This document shows positions 50,336-61,606 of a stretch of 64,000 nt of DNA, piece after piece (the first letter of the stretch is position 1; the number at the start of each line of letters is the position of its first letter). The translations under genes and the position numbers were made by a program. Under the pieces are notes generated by a model. The model ran no database searches. It had not been told where the DNA came from and worked only from the letters and a program-made list of their open reading frames with translations. The DNA comes from Laetmonice hystrix (lineage: Eukaryota), in assembly GCA_965235115.1 (NCBI GenBank), contig OZ249453.1, positions 3,410,001-3,474,000 of the forward strand, read 5' to 3'.

Positions 50336-50537
50336 CATAACCAATGGCCACTAACCAATGGCCCATAGACCAATGGCCCATAACCAATGGCCCATAACCA
50401 ATGGCCACTAACCAATGGCCACTAACCAATGGCCACTAACCAATGGCCACTAACCAATGGCCCATAATTAATGGCCACAACCAATGGTCTATAACCAATG
50501 GCCATAACCAATGGCCATAACCAATGGTCTATAACCA
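50336..50537. repeat. 13-14 bp repeat (TAACCAATGGCCA[C]), about 14 copies
   Basis: Direct reading. Confidence 0.93.
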
Positions 50538-52807
50538 TGACCCATTTGGAGAAGCACCCCATGTCATTTAGCCTCGTCATTGCCGCCACAGATCTATGGA
50601 AGGCTACTATAAGTCTTTGATATTAAAGCAGTAAGGTAAAATGTTGAGCGCGAAAGTGATGTTTCCGGTTGAGGAAAATGTGTAGAATAACACTGTACAT
50701 GTGTGGAACTATCTAAACATTGCCGTTCCTAAGTAAGGTTTCCCATTAGTACAAAGTGAGAAACCGTCAGGGACTGGAGCGTCCCTGGTGTTAAATATTT
50801 GTGATATCGTCATGGCCGTCCGAATGCTGGCATGTAGTGATATTAAACAACTACTGTACTGTACACATACGTCTCATACAGAAAAGCGCGCCAAGCGGTT
50901 CACCACGCCGAAGCGACACGTAATATTTTAGCATGGTATTGTGGTAGAACGTCGAAGTATATAGATGAAGGGTTAAATGTGATCTAGAAGCGGTACTCGG
51001 ACCATGCTATTATCCGATTGATGACGACAGTGGATACACTTACCTTACGGTAGCGTCCATCCAAACCGACGTGACACGACAGACCATCAATGGTGGTTCC
51101 AGCGAGGCACCAGGGCCAAATCGAACTGTTCTTAGGCGCGCGGCCGACTAGAGCGGATTCGTGGATGATACGTCGTATGCAGCTGCTGGTGCTGCTGGTG
51201 CTGCTGCTACTAGGTCATTCAGACAAAAGGACCAACGACTAGCGAATCTGCATAATGCACCCGTGCGAATCGTATTATAAAGTGGGCCTATCGTTAGCCA
51301 TCTTGACCAGATATGTGTGTTGGATGAGCATTTGGCCGGGGTGCAGGCGGTCATTCTATTGAGCGGCAGGAGTTGATTCAATGTCCGTTTTTTTCCCAGG
51401 CGGAGCACCCTTAGACCTCCGTCATCAGGGCGGGGTTCTGCCATGTGGGTACACTGAGCGCATATTTATGCGGCGCGCACACTTGCATAACAAATGGCCC
51501 CGCAGAAGCTGAACTGGCTTCATCTATAACATTGTTGTCGGTTTATTTCTCCCTCCCGCCGGCCGATCCCAGTATAGCTCAGACTCCTGGAAATGCCGCC
51601 ATTCTAAGGAACCACGCCACTCAAGTCCTGCAAGGGCGTTTTTAAAGCGAAGTATTAGCAGAGATGAGGCGTAAAGCACGCTGTGCGATGCAATTATAGT
51701 CAACAAATAGATCAACATTTGTCCTCACCAAAGAATTGGTTAAAAAAAACATTCCAGAATTGGTTCAACTGAACATCGCGAAAGACCATTCGAGAACGTA
51801 TAATTAGTGGATAGTGCATATCGGAGGAAGTGCGATGTGTTTAGGCCCTAATATAGGTTCGAGGCGCAACCGAGAAGTTATTCTGAATATCTGCCAAGGT
51901 TAAGCCAAAAAATAACCTTTTCTGTGCCCCCTGAACGATAATAGGCAGGTTCATTTTGCGGCTTAGAAAAGAAGAAAAAGAGCATCCACGATATTTTGCA
52001 GGCACTATCAAGAGGATTGCATGTATTTATTAGCATTAGTTGGCCCATTTTACTACATTTTCACCTCAGCACTTGCTCCTTGGCGTTGTAACGGTTGTAG
52101 GTGGCGCTACTGCATCGTACCGTCGCCGGGCACCACGGCTTCAGGCTACCTGTGGATCCAAATATGGTGAAGAAGACGCCCCGGAAATACTGAGCGAGCG
52201 TTCGAACAGGTTTGAAGGTCAACATAAGGTATAGCTGATCGGAGAATAACTGTCATCAGGTGGTGTATTTGAAAAGATGTGCTGATCTGATAGGCCTTCG
52301 AGCTGGTAAGAAGGTATAGATCTAAGCCCAAGGCTTTATTCCTGGTCTATTTCTTTTTCCATTCCAAACGCACAACCTCAGAGGTGACAGAGTGCCCTAT
52401 AAACTTCCCAATGGTATCAGCAGTAATTAATGTTAACAGATGGAACATTTCCCGTGATTCACACATTATTTGGAGGCCGGTAAGGTTGTATACACCCCTT
52501 CCGAGCTATAGGGAGGACCGATCGCACTGCTACCTTGCGGCAAATCGTCGCACTAATGGAGAAAATTAGGGGCCAATTTTAGGCAATTTTAGCATGGAAT
52601 TTTGACCTTTGGATTTTTTGTTGGGGGGGGGGGGAGGACAAATGATAATCTGGCCCCCTCTGTTCCGACACCCCTGGCACAGCCACTGTACAGCTAACCT
52701 TTCGTGTGTTGAGGGGAAGGGGGTTATAGTTTAAACCGATGGTGTACATACCTACCGACCTTTCCCGGACGCGGTGGAGTTGATTACAGATCATAGACGA
52801 ACATAGG

Positions 52808-53497
52808 CTCTAGGTGGGCTGGCCAGGAACAGCCACCAAGGTGGGCTCTAGGTGGGCTGGCCAGGAACAGCCACCAAGGTGGGCTCTAGGTGGGCTGGCC
52901 AGGAACAGCCACCAAGGTGGGCCCTAGGTGGGATGCCCAGGAACAGCCACCAAGGTGGGCTCTAGGTGGGCTGGCCAAGAACAGCCACCAAGGTGGGCTC
53001 TAGGTGGGCTGGCCAGGAACAGCCACCAAGGTGGGCTCTAGGTGGGCTGGCCAGGAACAGCCACCAAGGTGGGCCCTAGGTGGAATGCCCAGGAACAGCC
53101 ACCAAGGTGGGCTCTAGGTGGGCTGGCCAGGAACAGCCACCAAGGGGGGCTCTATGTGGGCTGGCCAGGAACAGCCACCAAGGTGGGCTTTAGGTGGGAT
53201 GCCCAGCAACAGCCACCAAGGTGGGCTCTAGGTGGGGTGCCCAGGAACAGCCACCAAGGTGGGCTCTAGGTGGGATGCCCAGGAACAGCCACCAAGGTGG
53301 GCTCTAGGTGGGCTGGCCAGGAACAGCCACCAAGGTGGGCTCTAAGTGGGCTGGCCAGGAACAGCCACCAAGGTGGGCTTTAGGTGGGATGCCCAGCAAC
53401 AGCCACCAAGGTGGGCTCTAGGTGGGCTGCCCAGGAACAGACACCAAGGTGGGCTCTAAGTGGGCTGGCCAGGAACAGCCACCATAGTGGGCTCTAT
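52808..53497. repeat. 38 bp minisatellite (CTAGGTGGGCTGGCCAGGAACAGCCACCAAGGTGGGCT), about 18 copies
   Basis: Tandem periodicity. Confidence 0.96.
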
Positions 53498-56349
53498 GTT
53501 GGTTGTAGGGCTACGTGGGCAGTCCACGTACAACCACCCTAGAGCTAACCTTTCGTGTGTGACATTAGGGCTTAGAGACGACCAGCCACAATTATAGGAT
53601 CTCGGGTGGATGTACGTGGTGTACCAAGTTTTCTCTTGAAATATATTATGGAGGTTGCAAAAATTCACTTTTCACCTCGGTAAAGTATTTATTACACTGA
53701 ATGAAAGTTGTATTTTGAAGTCGGATGAAAACAAATGTCAAAAGGCGAGAAAAACAATAGGCCTATATTGAAAAGCAAAAATACACTCATTACCGCCCAT
53801 TGCACACACACGCATAGCTCTCTGTAGACTTTAGACGTTGTATAGTTCACCTTTGACTTCACTGTGCACCATTGCCGAACCGAATGCCTCGGTAAAAGGA
53901 ATTTATTTGTGAATTCTACATGGAGTAACACGTAGTAGTCAAATGACAATTTGACGCGGACTAATGCTGCAACCCAGTTCTAAATGTTCCTGTTTTACCG
54001 ATGGTCGATCGCATAAACACAGCTACAGTTCCAAAAAAGGTTTGTTTAAATTTAGTTTCTCGGTTACCATGGTTACGACAGCGGTCGTGATTGGCGGGAC
54101 ACGATCTAGGTCAAGGTGACCCATATCGAATGGGTCGATTGGGAAACTTATCCCGATAGAGAGCGCTAATAGTACTGCACAGCGACTTCTTGGCTGCAAT
54201 CGTGAATGATGCTAACATACATACCCTTTAAGAAAAAGACAGCATAAAATGATAGCTTGAACACCATATAAGCTTCAAATATTACTATCCCAATATTAAA
54301 GGGGCATATTATGACGAAACGTGAAAAATCGGTATTTCAAAGAACTTTTGCTGCTTTTATAAAGAGATCCTTCATTAAAATTGCTTGGTAAACAAAGACA
54401 GACTTATCAGTTTCATTTTGCGTGAGAAATCGAAGTTTATGAAGCTCCCTTGCCCGCTTCTCTGTCGATTTCGTAAAATATTTTTTGGGTGGCATTCTGA
54501 TGCCGGACGATCGAGTGCAACTGCTGAATTGTTGACAACTAAGCAAAGCACGTGACTAAGCACATGCAGAGAGTGCACTCGCAGGATGTGATGCAGTATG
54601 CAATTACACGGGTTGATGGGAGGTTGTCTACCAAATTAAGGCGGGAGATGTGCTATCGGGAGAAATCTATAGGTTTGGTCGTATAGAACCTACTTGTGCT
54701 GCATACGCAGCGAAAACACGTCGGAGGACAAAATGCTGTGGTAGGATTATTTACTTGGATCCCTAGTACACGATCATGTTGGATAATTGCCGGAAATCCT
54801 CTAAAACGTGTTCCATAGCATGCCCATTTAAGATCGTTGTAAATTTGGTGAGATAATTCCCATTCTCGATTAGTCCGAGTCCATACTGCGTAAATGTATA
54901 AGCTTTTTTTACTGATAGAAGTGTGACACCACCATCTCAGGTAATCAAGAACCTCTGAATCAAGTCTAATTAAACTGCAAAAAATGATTTCTTTTACGTA
55001 CAATATCCCAATCAACTGAAATTCTTCACGGGAGTCATAAATATCCACTCATGATTAAAGACATGGAAATTTTGCAAAAAACTATTTTTTTTCCTAACAC
55101 TCTTTGCGGTTGAAAAAAATATGACTGCTCTGAAGGAAGCACATGTGTTAAAGGTGGTTATCCCTAATGTGAAGTTTAATAAACAGAACATGACTGTGGG
55201 TTCAGAGTTCAGAGTGCAAAGAGAAGAATCATGATTAACTGAGTCCAAGGTGTACATATGTACATGAGTACAATCCCGTGATTTTTTTTATCACTAGGCA
55301 TATTTATAATATACACAAAACCTGACGATGTTTCCTAAAAGCACTGCAGCCGATAACTCTGGAGAACCGAGTGATAAGCTGCATTCGTAAAACATGTATA
55401 AAAGTTTTTTTTATATTTATACATATATAAAAAGAAAGGATAGACTATGACCATTGTACATTGTGTATATCGTATAACATAGTCAACGTCCTAAAATAAT
55501 TCGGTTAATATTGCTATACAGGATAGATAAGACTATTTTATGTAGTCCCCAAAAATTAGACAGGAAAAAAAATCCCACAAAACAACGCGAAACATTGAGT
55601 TTTTCTGTACATTGATCCTCGTAAGCCATACCCGATCCATGAGGTTACATTTAGGTACCAGTAGGTGTCGCTGTAGTCTGCAAACTCAACGGCGGCCATT
55701 TTGAAACGTGCCCCATCCCAAAGTGCTGCATGCGTCCATATTGCTCCGGTATCCATACACAGTAAAGTTGGAACAATATACATTACAGAGTATCATAGCA
55801 ACCACAAATGAATGACTGTGGGCGACATGGCCCTAAAACGCTGCCAGTGTATTAGGTCAATGTATAATGTAAGATTTATCGAGACGTATAGCCTTAAATA
55901 GGCCTATAGCGTTTTCGACGAGGAATGCTGATCTCGCATAACGCCCCCCCCCCCCACACCCGAAAACCTGTCGTGTGCTTCAAGCACTGTTTATGTCTTC
56001 CTACTGGTCTCTCGATCCTGTCGTGTTCAGGATCACTCAATGGATTTTCCTCTGTACAAAATCTGTCCGAACGTTCCATATAGTCTCCAGGACTATTTTC
56101 TTCCAGCAAATGTCATCTGTGACGTAATTGACCTCCCAACTTCCGGTCCCCATCGCCGAAGCTTCCTCTCATGTCTTCCTACTGACGTCACAATGGGGGA
56201 ATCTCTTGACAAGACGTATTTTGTCGTTCACAGTCTTTAGTTTCCAGGAGCTCCCCTCCGTATCACGCCATGTAGGCCTACGTCAAATCATCCGAGGTCC
56301 GCCGCTAGAGGGCGTCTTGAGGTAAATGGCCTTGACATTGTTGCCATGG

Positions 56350-56449
56350 TTACCAAACGGCACATTTTTTCACGGGGTTCATCGTGCTGCCCAGGGGACA
56401 ACTGTAGGCCTTTGCGAAATCGTGCGAGTTTGAGAGAGCCCCAATAACC
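56350..56449 (-). CDS. M13 peptidase terminal exon ([33 protein letters not shown])
   Basis: ttttctag acceptor; canonical C-terminus SNSxxFxxAxxCPxGSxMNPxxKCxVW; TAA at 56352-56350. Confidence 0.95.
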
Positions 56450-56654
56450 CTAGAAAAGACGGGAATAGTCCAATCTTCAGCAGCGGCAGGCCTACCTAAT
56501 TCTGTTAGAGCTAGGCGTACGTCTAGTGACCTATTAGCTATTTACAAATTTAGCCAGCAATTCAATGCAAACACACTACTGTTAAATGTTTAGTACAAAA
56601 CATTTCACTATAATCTTAGAGAGAGAAATAAAGATAAAGATAGAGACTGTGTAC

Positions 56655-56731
56655 CTGAAGCGGCCGGGACTGTGCCTACCAGACGATATGGCCTGAATGT
56701 AACTCTCTGGTCGTGATGTACCGCACCAAAT
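56655..56731 (-). CDS. M13 peptidase exon (IWCGTSRPESYIQAISSGRHSPGRFR)
   Basis: gttcag / gtacac; WC...HSP...FR motif with the catalytic-pocket His; phase 0 to 2. Confidence 0.93.
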
Positions 56732-57034
56732 CTGAACGAATTAATGACACTATTAACGACACCACAACAAAATCAGTAGAGCAGAGCAATAATTCAGTAA
56801 GCACACTCTTTTGTTAACAAGTCAAATTCAGTATTGCAATGAAATGTGTATAATTAAAAATTAAAGCTATATGTTAACTAATCAGAATAGTGCACGAGGA
56901 GCGTCCCCTCTTTAATTTCCTAACTTCGGCCAATATATAAAGGGAAAGAGATTAAAGATTTACTTAGCGTTGGTCTTTTAATGACCTTATTGCAATTTTC
57001 AAAAATAAAAACTGGAAAATGAGAGCGTCTTTAC

Positions 57035-57133
57035 CTGGGCAAAATTTAAGAAGAAAAGTTGGTTATGTGTGAGGTCTACTCCTGGCAGGAGGTCCTCTTC
57101 TCGCCCCCGTCTTTCCACCCAGTGTCGGTAAGC
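57035..57133 (-). CDS. M13 peptidase exon ([33 protein letters not shown])
   Basis: tctccag / gtaaag; LPG...QLFFLNFAQ motif; 33 codons. Confidence 0.95.
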
Positions 57134-57306
57134 CTGGAGAGAGGTCGCAAAAATACTAGTAGGTATTAGTGGACAGGCCCAAGCGGCGATAAAAAGCTTC
57201 AATCTAATCACCTCCCCCCTGATATTGTTGATTCCCACACGTGGTTCGTCCTCCCAATAGGGTGTGCAAGTACATGGGTCAAGATAAAACATGAGAAAAC
57301 ACGAGT

Positions 57307-57659
57307 TTGGGTTTGGTTTGGTCCTAATGTCGTCTTAATCACTTCAGCACTGTGAATCCCATGGTTAGGGTTTGGTTTGGTCCTAATGTCGTCACTTCAG
57401 CATTGTGAATCCCATGGTTAGGGTTTGGTTTGGTCCTAATGTCGTCTTAATCACTTCAGCACTGTGAATCCCATGGTTAGGGTTTGGTTTGGTCCTAATG
57501 TCGTCTTAATCACTTCAGCACTGTGAATCCCATGGTTAGGGTTTGGTTTGGTCCTAATGTCGTCTTAATCACTTCAGCACTGTGAATCCCATGGTTAGGG
57601 TTTGGTTTGGTCCTAATGTCGTCTTAATCACTTCAGCATTGTGAATCCCATGGTTAGGG
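57307..57659. repeat. 59 bp tandem repeat, about 6 copies, in an M13 peptidase intron
   Basis: GGGTTTGGTTTGGTCCTAATGTCGTCTTAATCACTTCAGC... repeated. Confidence 0.95.
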
Positions 57660-58850
57660 CGCTTTCATTGTACTACCTTATAAAACAAGAGTACCAACCT
57701 GTTTTACGTATGAAAGAATACTTTTCATTTTTTAAATGTCAAAATTGACAGAAATCTTGTCGATGTTTGAAAGTGTGTTTTCTCATCCTATGTTAAACCA
57801 ATGGAGGGATTGTGACGTAACATTCGTTTAGGTACCAAAGCGACGCGTTTCAAGCTCATTTACTATGGGGGTGCCAAGTGTTACCTTTAAAATTTCGTAC
57901 ACGGAATTCTTTTTCGTAAACGAAATCATAATTTCGTAGACGAAATTCTTTTTCGTAAACGAAATTATAACACGAAATTCTTTTTCGTAGGCCTAAACGA
58001 AATTATAATTTAATTCTTTTTCGTAAACGAAATTATAATGAATGAGACTGAGACCGAATTCGTTTGGACTAAAAATGTTTTATTACGACATTATAAGACA
58101 CAGATAAAATAATAAAAGAAATGTTGGTATATGATAAGAGGGGTAATAAAACATTGATGAGGGTTTTCGTGGGAAATATATTTTTAAAGAGAGGGTTGTT
58201 TAGTGGAGTGAGTTTAATGGTTAGTAAGATCGTTTGAGATTTCAGTTTCTTTATTCTTAATGGCCAGTGGGAGGGATTTAAGGTAATGAAAGGTTAATAT
58301 GGGATGGGTGGGAGGGTAAAAGACGTGCGTGTCGGAGTGTGGCGGAGAGGAAAGTGACCGAGTGAGAGTCGGGGAAGGTGAAGGAAAGTTGGAGCCGGAA
58401 GTGACGTATAGATTGCGGATATTCAAGTCTCAGACCATTCATTATGCGCAATGAAATACATTACGGACAATGAATGAGACTGAGACCGAATTCGTTTGGA
58501 CTAAAAATGTTTTATTACGACATTATAAGACACAGATAAAATAATAAAAGAAATGTTGGTATATGATAAGAGGGGTAATAAAACATTGATGAGGGTTTTC
58601 GTGGGAAATATATTTTTAAAGAGAGGGTTGTTTAGTGGAGTGAGTTTAATGGTTAGTAAGATCGTTTGAGATTTCAGTTTCTTTATTCTTAATGGCCAAA
58701 CATTGAAGTAAAAGCATCGGGGACTGCAGTGTAGAGCTTCTTGGGAACGTAGGCATTAATAGCTGCCGATGACCACGTCCCGTGGCGCATTATGTCCGCC
58801 TGCGGCACACCGACCCGGGCGCAAGCCTGGGCGCCACAGTTTCTTTATTC

Positions 58851-59156
58851 TTAATGGCCAAACATTGAAGTAAAAGCATCGGGGACTGCAGTGTAGAGCT
58901 TCTTGGGAACGTAGGCATTAATAGCCGCCGATGACCACGTCCCGTGGCGCATTATGTTCGCCTGCGGCACACCGACCCGGGCGCAAGCCTGGGCGCCAGA
59001 CCGGCGGAGTGAGTGGACCGTCGCTGAGTTCGCTGCCGGATGCCCCAGAACGAGTAGGATGGCCCGGAGGTATGTCTCCAACCTTGTCGGGGTCAGCGGA
59101 GTAGATGGATCCAGCATGAAGGCCGAGCTATCGGCCGATAAAGGAACATCTCGTAT
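58851..59156 (-). pseudogene. C-terminal catalytic half of the tyrosine recombinase (HSLRRSGA...RHGTWSS...AINAY)
   Basis: HxxR, H/W and Y catalytic residues present; continues the upstream frame after a 2-nt shift in TATATATA 59154-59161. Confidence 0.88.
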
Positions 59157-59989
59157 ATATAGCGTCTCCACGCCAGGACCGGGCAATATCTTGAACCCAC
59201 ATATGGGACAGGGATCGCCACCCTGTCCGCTGGATCGGAGATCGTTTTGGACGAATTGACGGTGAGCCATATGCGATCGCCTGCGTCAGAGACGTCCCCC
59301 CGAGTAAGCGTGTGCGGCGTGGGGCCAGAGGGCCCAGGGAGTAAGTTGGACTGTCGGAGCAAGGAGCAGAAACCCATAAGAAGTGCGGCCCGGGCTGTTA
59401 AAGCGTGTCCGCCCAAAGTTTCTAATATATCACAGACATCTTTAATGTCCTGATAAGATAGGGCTGGTGCCCGGCGAGGTACATGAGACGATAGTCGTGC
59501 GACTCCTTTGATCATGGTTGCAATGTCTGGAGCCGTAAGGTTCGTGACGTCGCCCCCGGATCCAGCGACGTACGTTTTTGCCCCTGAGAGATAGTTTTTT
59601 ATAGTAGCCGTGCTTTTAAAACTGTATAATTCGGATGTGAAAATACAGTCTAGCTCCACAGGTATAAGGCGAGAAAGACCGTACTGTGACACGAGGGCCT
59701 CCGCAGTGTCGGCATATGCTTTGCTTAAATGGTAGCGACTGAGTGCGTCCGCCAGAACTAAGTCGACCCCCGGCTGGTGATATACCATTATTTCAAGCTG
59801 ATTCGTGGCTGCGACCATCCATAGCTCACGTGCGCATGCGGCGAGTACGGGGTCCTTTGTTTTTCCTGTGTTCAGCGCATACATTGCGGCCATATTGTCC
59901 GTTTTTACCCTGACCGTGTGAGCTACCAGGCGTTGAGGAACGAGAGTTTTAACTGCCATTACAACGTTTATAGCTTCGGTAAGGTACAT
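59093..59989 (-). pseudogene. Truncated DIRS-type RNase H fused in frame to a tyrosine recombinase; frameshifted near 59158
   Basis: EAINVVMAVK...TDNMAA...ARELW...QPGVDLVLADALSR, then TIKNYLSG...GFCSLLRQSNL...SKT...YCPV. Confidence 0.85.
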
Positions 59990-60367
59990 TAGGAACGATT
60001 TCGGAGTCGATGTGCGGTTTAGTTTGAGTAGATCGGGGTGTAAGGTGAACTGTGCCCAGTGTGGTGGCGGCTGCGGTGTGGGATCCCTGAGGGATACAGA
60101 GCCCCGTCTTCCGAGGTTCGGTGAAAGGTTCGTTCAGTGTGCCAGTATTCAGGGTTGCTGTGGAATGGTACGGAGAAATTACAGTGTGGGGCCCTTGAGG
60201 GATACAGAGCCCCGTCTTCAGAGGTTCGGTGAGAGGTTCGTTCAGTGTACAAGTATTCAGGGTTGCTGTAGAGTGGTACGGAGAAATTACAGTGCGGGGC
60301 AGAGTCTCGGAGACGGTCGGAGTGGTGGAGCGACAATGGTTTTCTGGGCGAGTATCGGACTCCCCAG

Positions 60368-61606
60368 TCAATTCGGAAACCCCAATGAGGATGGTTGGTT
60401 GTCCTGCCTATCGAATGTTTTTGAACGGCATACGTTAAGAGAGTGAGGAAGGAACAAACACTTTTTCAAGAGGCAGAATTCGCATACGTGGAGTTGACGG
60501 TATCCATTCGCAACGTGGTGTGAGTGTTGGATGCATGTTCCTCGCTGATACGCACGACAAGGTGGTGCAGGCTTGGCAGATTTAAGAAAGTCTGGTATGT
60601 CGACGCTAACGGTCGTATTGTTATCGTTCTGTTGCGGTGTGGAGTTTTGTGTCCCCATGTGTGATAGGCGAGTCTGAAGGCGGTCAATTTCATATGTGTT
60701 AGACCATGAGAGCTTCTTGTCGAAAATCTGCGCGCACACCTCTTCCGACCAGGCCCTGACTGATAGCCAGTCATATGTCCTGGCGTCATTAACAACTTGC
60801 TCAATATGTCTGTTCATAAGATTTACAGTTTCATTGTCCTGGACAAGCCTCGTCATTTGAGTGAAACCCCATACATATTCGGCGATAGTGCACTCTGCAA
60901 GTTCGAGTTTGACATGCTTTGGTCCCCGCGTCACAAACTGGTGTGGAAATGCTCCAGACTGCTTACCTTTTCCAGCTGTATGGAATGGGGACACTACGGC
61001 GTGGAGAGCGTCAGCCACGCGACGTGCTAATATTGGGTCCGCCTCGAGCTGTGCTACGGTGGTTGGCGGGTTCCCCGCGCGCTCGTGGTGCGTTGTGGGT
61101 CTGCTGGGGTGGGACTTGGGTGGCGAGGAATGACGGGCAACCAGCGTCCTATCGTCTGCCCCCAGGCCGGTGAACCTTTCCGGTAATGAAAGTGCCTGAG
61201 GGGCGTGGGCGGTCCTGTCGGCTGTTTCGCAGTGTCGGTGGTCAGCCGGCGGGGTGCTTGGTATGTCGGGCTGGCGGGAGTTGGTGACCCGTTGGCCTTG
61301 TACTGTTCCTCCAAGTTCAGACGAGGCGTCGGCGGGTTCCAGTCGGGGTGGTGGGGTAGTATGACGAGCTTCTGGAGTGGTGTGGTCAGGCGGTGGTAGT
61401 TGGCCGCTTAGTCGAGTGAGAAGTTCTGTAATGTTTGTTAGCTTACTTTCAATATTGTTAACTCTGTGGCTGACTTGTCCAATTGCGTCGGCATTACTTG
61501 CGACGGTTGTTCGACGCTGAGCCCGAGGGGTCTGCGGCTGGCTTTCCTCGTCGGTTTCTTCGAGTGGTGTGTGTCGCCGTGTTATCGTTTTCTTTGTGCG
61601 CCCCAT
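60368..61606 (-). CDS. Gag-like ORF1 of the YR retroelement (412 aa from MGRTKK) with a C-terminal Cys/His finger
   Basis: Open frame; ATG 7 nt after repeat A1 (the track start at 61723 lies inside the repeat); CRAYQRGTC...HVCEFC...H...C motif typical of Ngaro-like gags. Confidence 0.8.
   Translation of the reverse strand: MGRTKKTITRRHTPLEETDEESQPQTPRAQRRTTVASNADAIGQVSHRVNNIESKLTNITELLTRLSGQLPPPDHTTPEARHTTPPPRLEPADASSELGGTVQGQRVTNSRQPDIPSTPPADHRHCETADRTAHAPQALSLPERFTGLGADDRTLVARHSSPPKSHPSRPTTHHERAGNPPTTVAQLEADPILARRVADALHAVVSPFHTAGKGKQSGAFPHQFVTRGPKHVKLELAECTIAEYVWGFTQMTRLVQDNETVNLMNRHIEQVVNDARTYDWLSVRAWSEEVCAQIFDKKLSWSNTYEIDRLQTRLSHMGTQNSTPQQNDNNTTVSVDIPDFLKSAKPAPPCRAYQRGTCIQHSHHVANGYRQLHVCEFCLLKKCLFLPHSLNVCRSKTFDRQDNQPSSLGFPN

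Noticed and set aside
51177-52174. Possible secreted Cys-rich peptide (MQLLVLLVLLLL... joined to LAPWRCNGCRWRYC...)
   Set aside because: Needs a weak GTCATT donor; the leucine run comes from a CTG/GTG repeat; no recognisable family.
54296-55165. TTAA-AGG Kolobok-like ends at about 54296 and 55148, and a 131-aa ORF (54653-55048)
   Set aside because: No matching second TIR found; the ORF has no recognisable motif.
56340-56353. X-box-like GTTGCCATGGTTAC
   Set aside because: Overlaps the peptidase stop codon; likely coincidental without other support.
60368-60385. GGGTTTC slippery heptamer at the end of gag
   Set aside because: It is read GGG TTT C in the gag frame, not the X XXY YYZ phase needed for -1 frameshifting.
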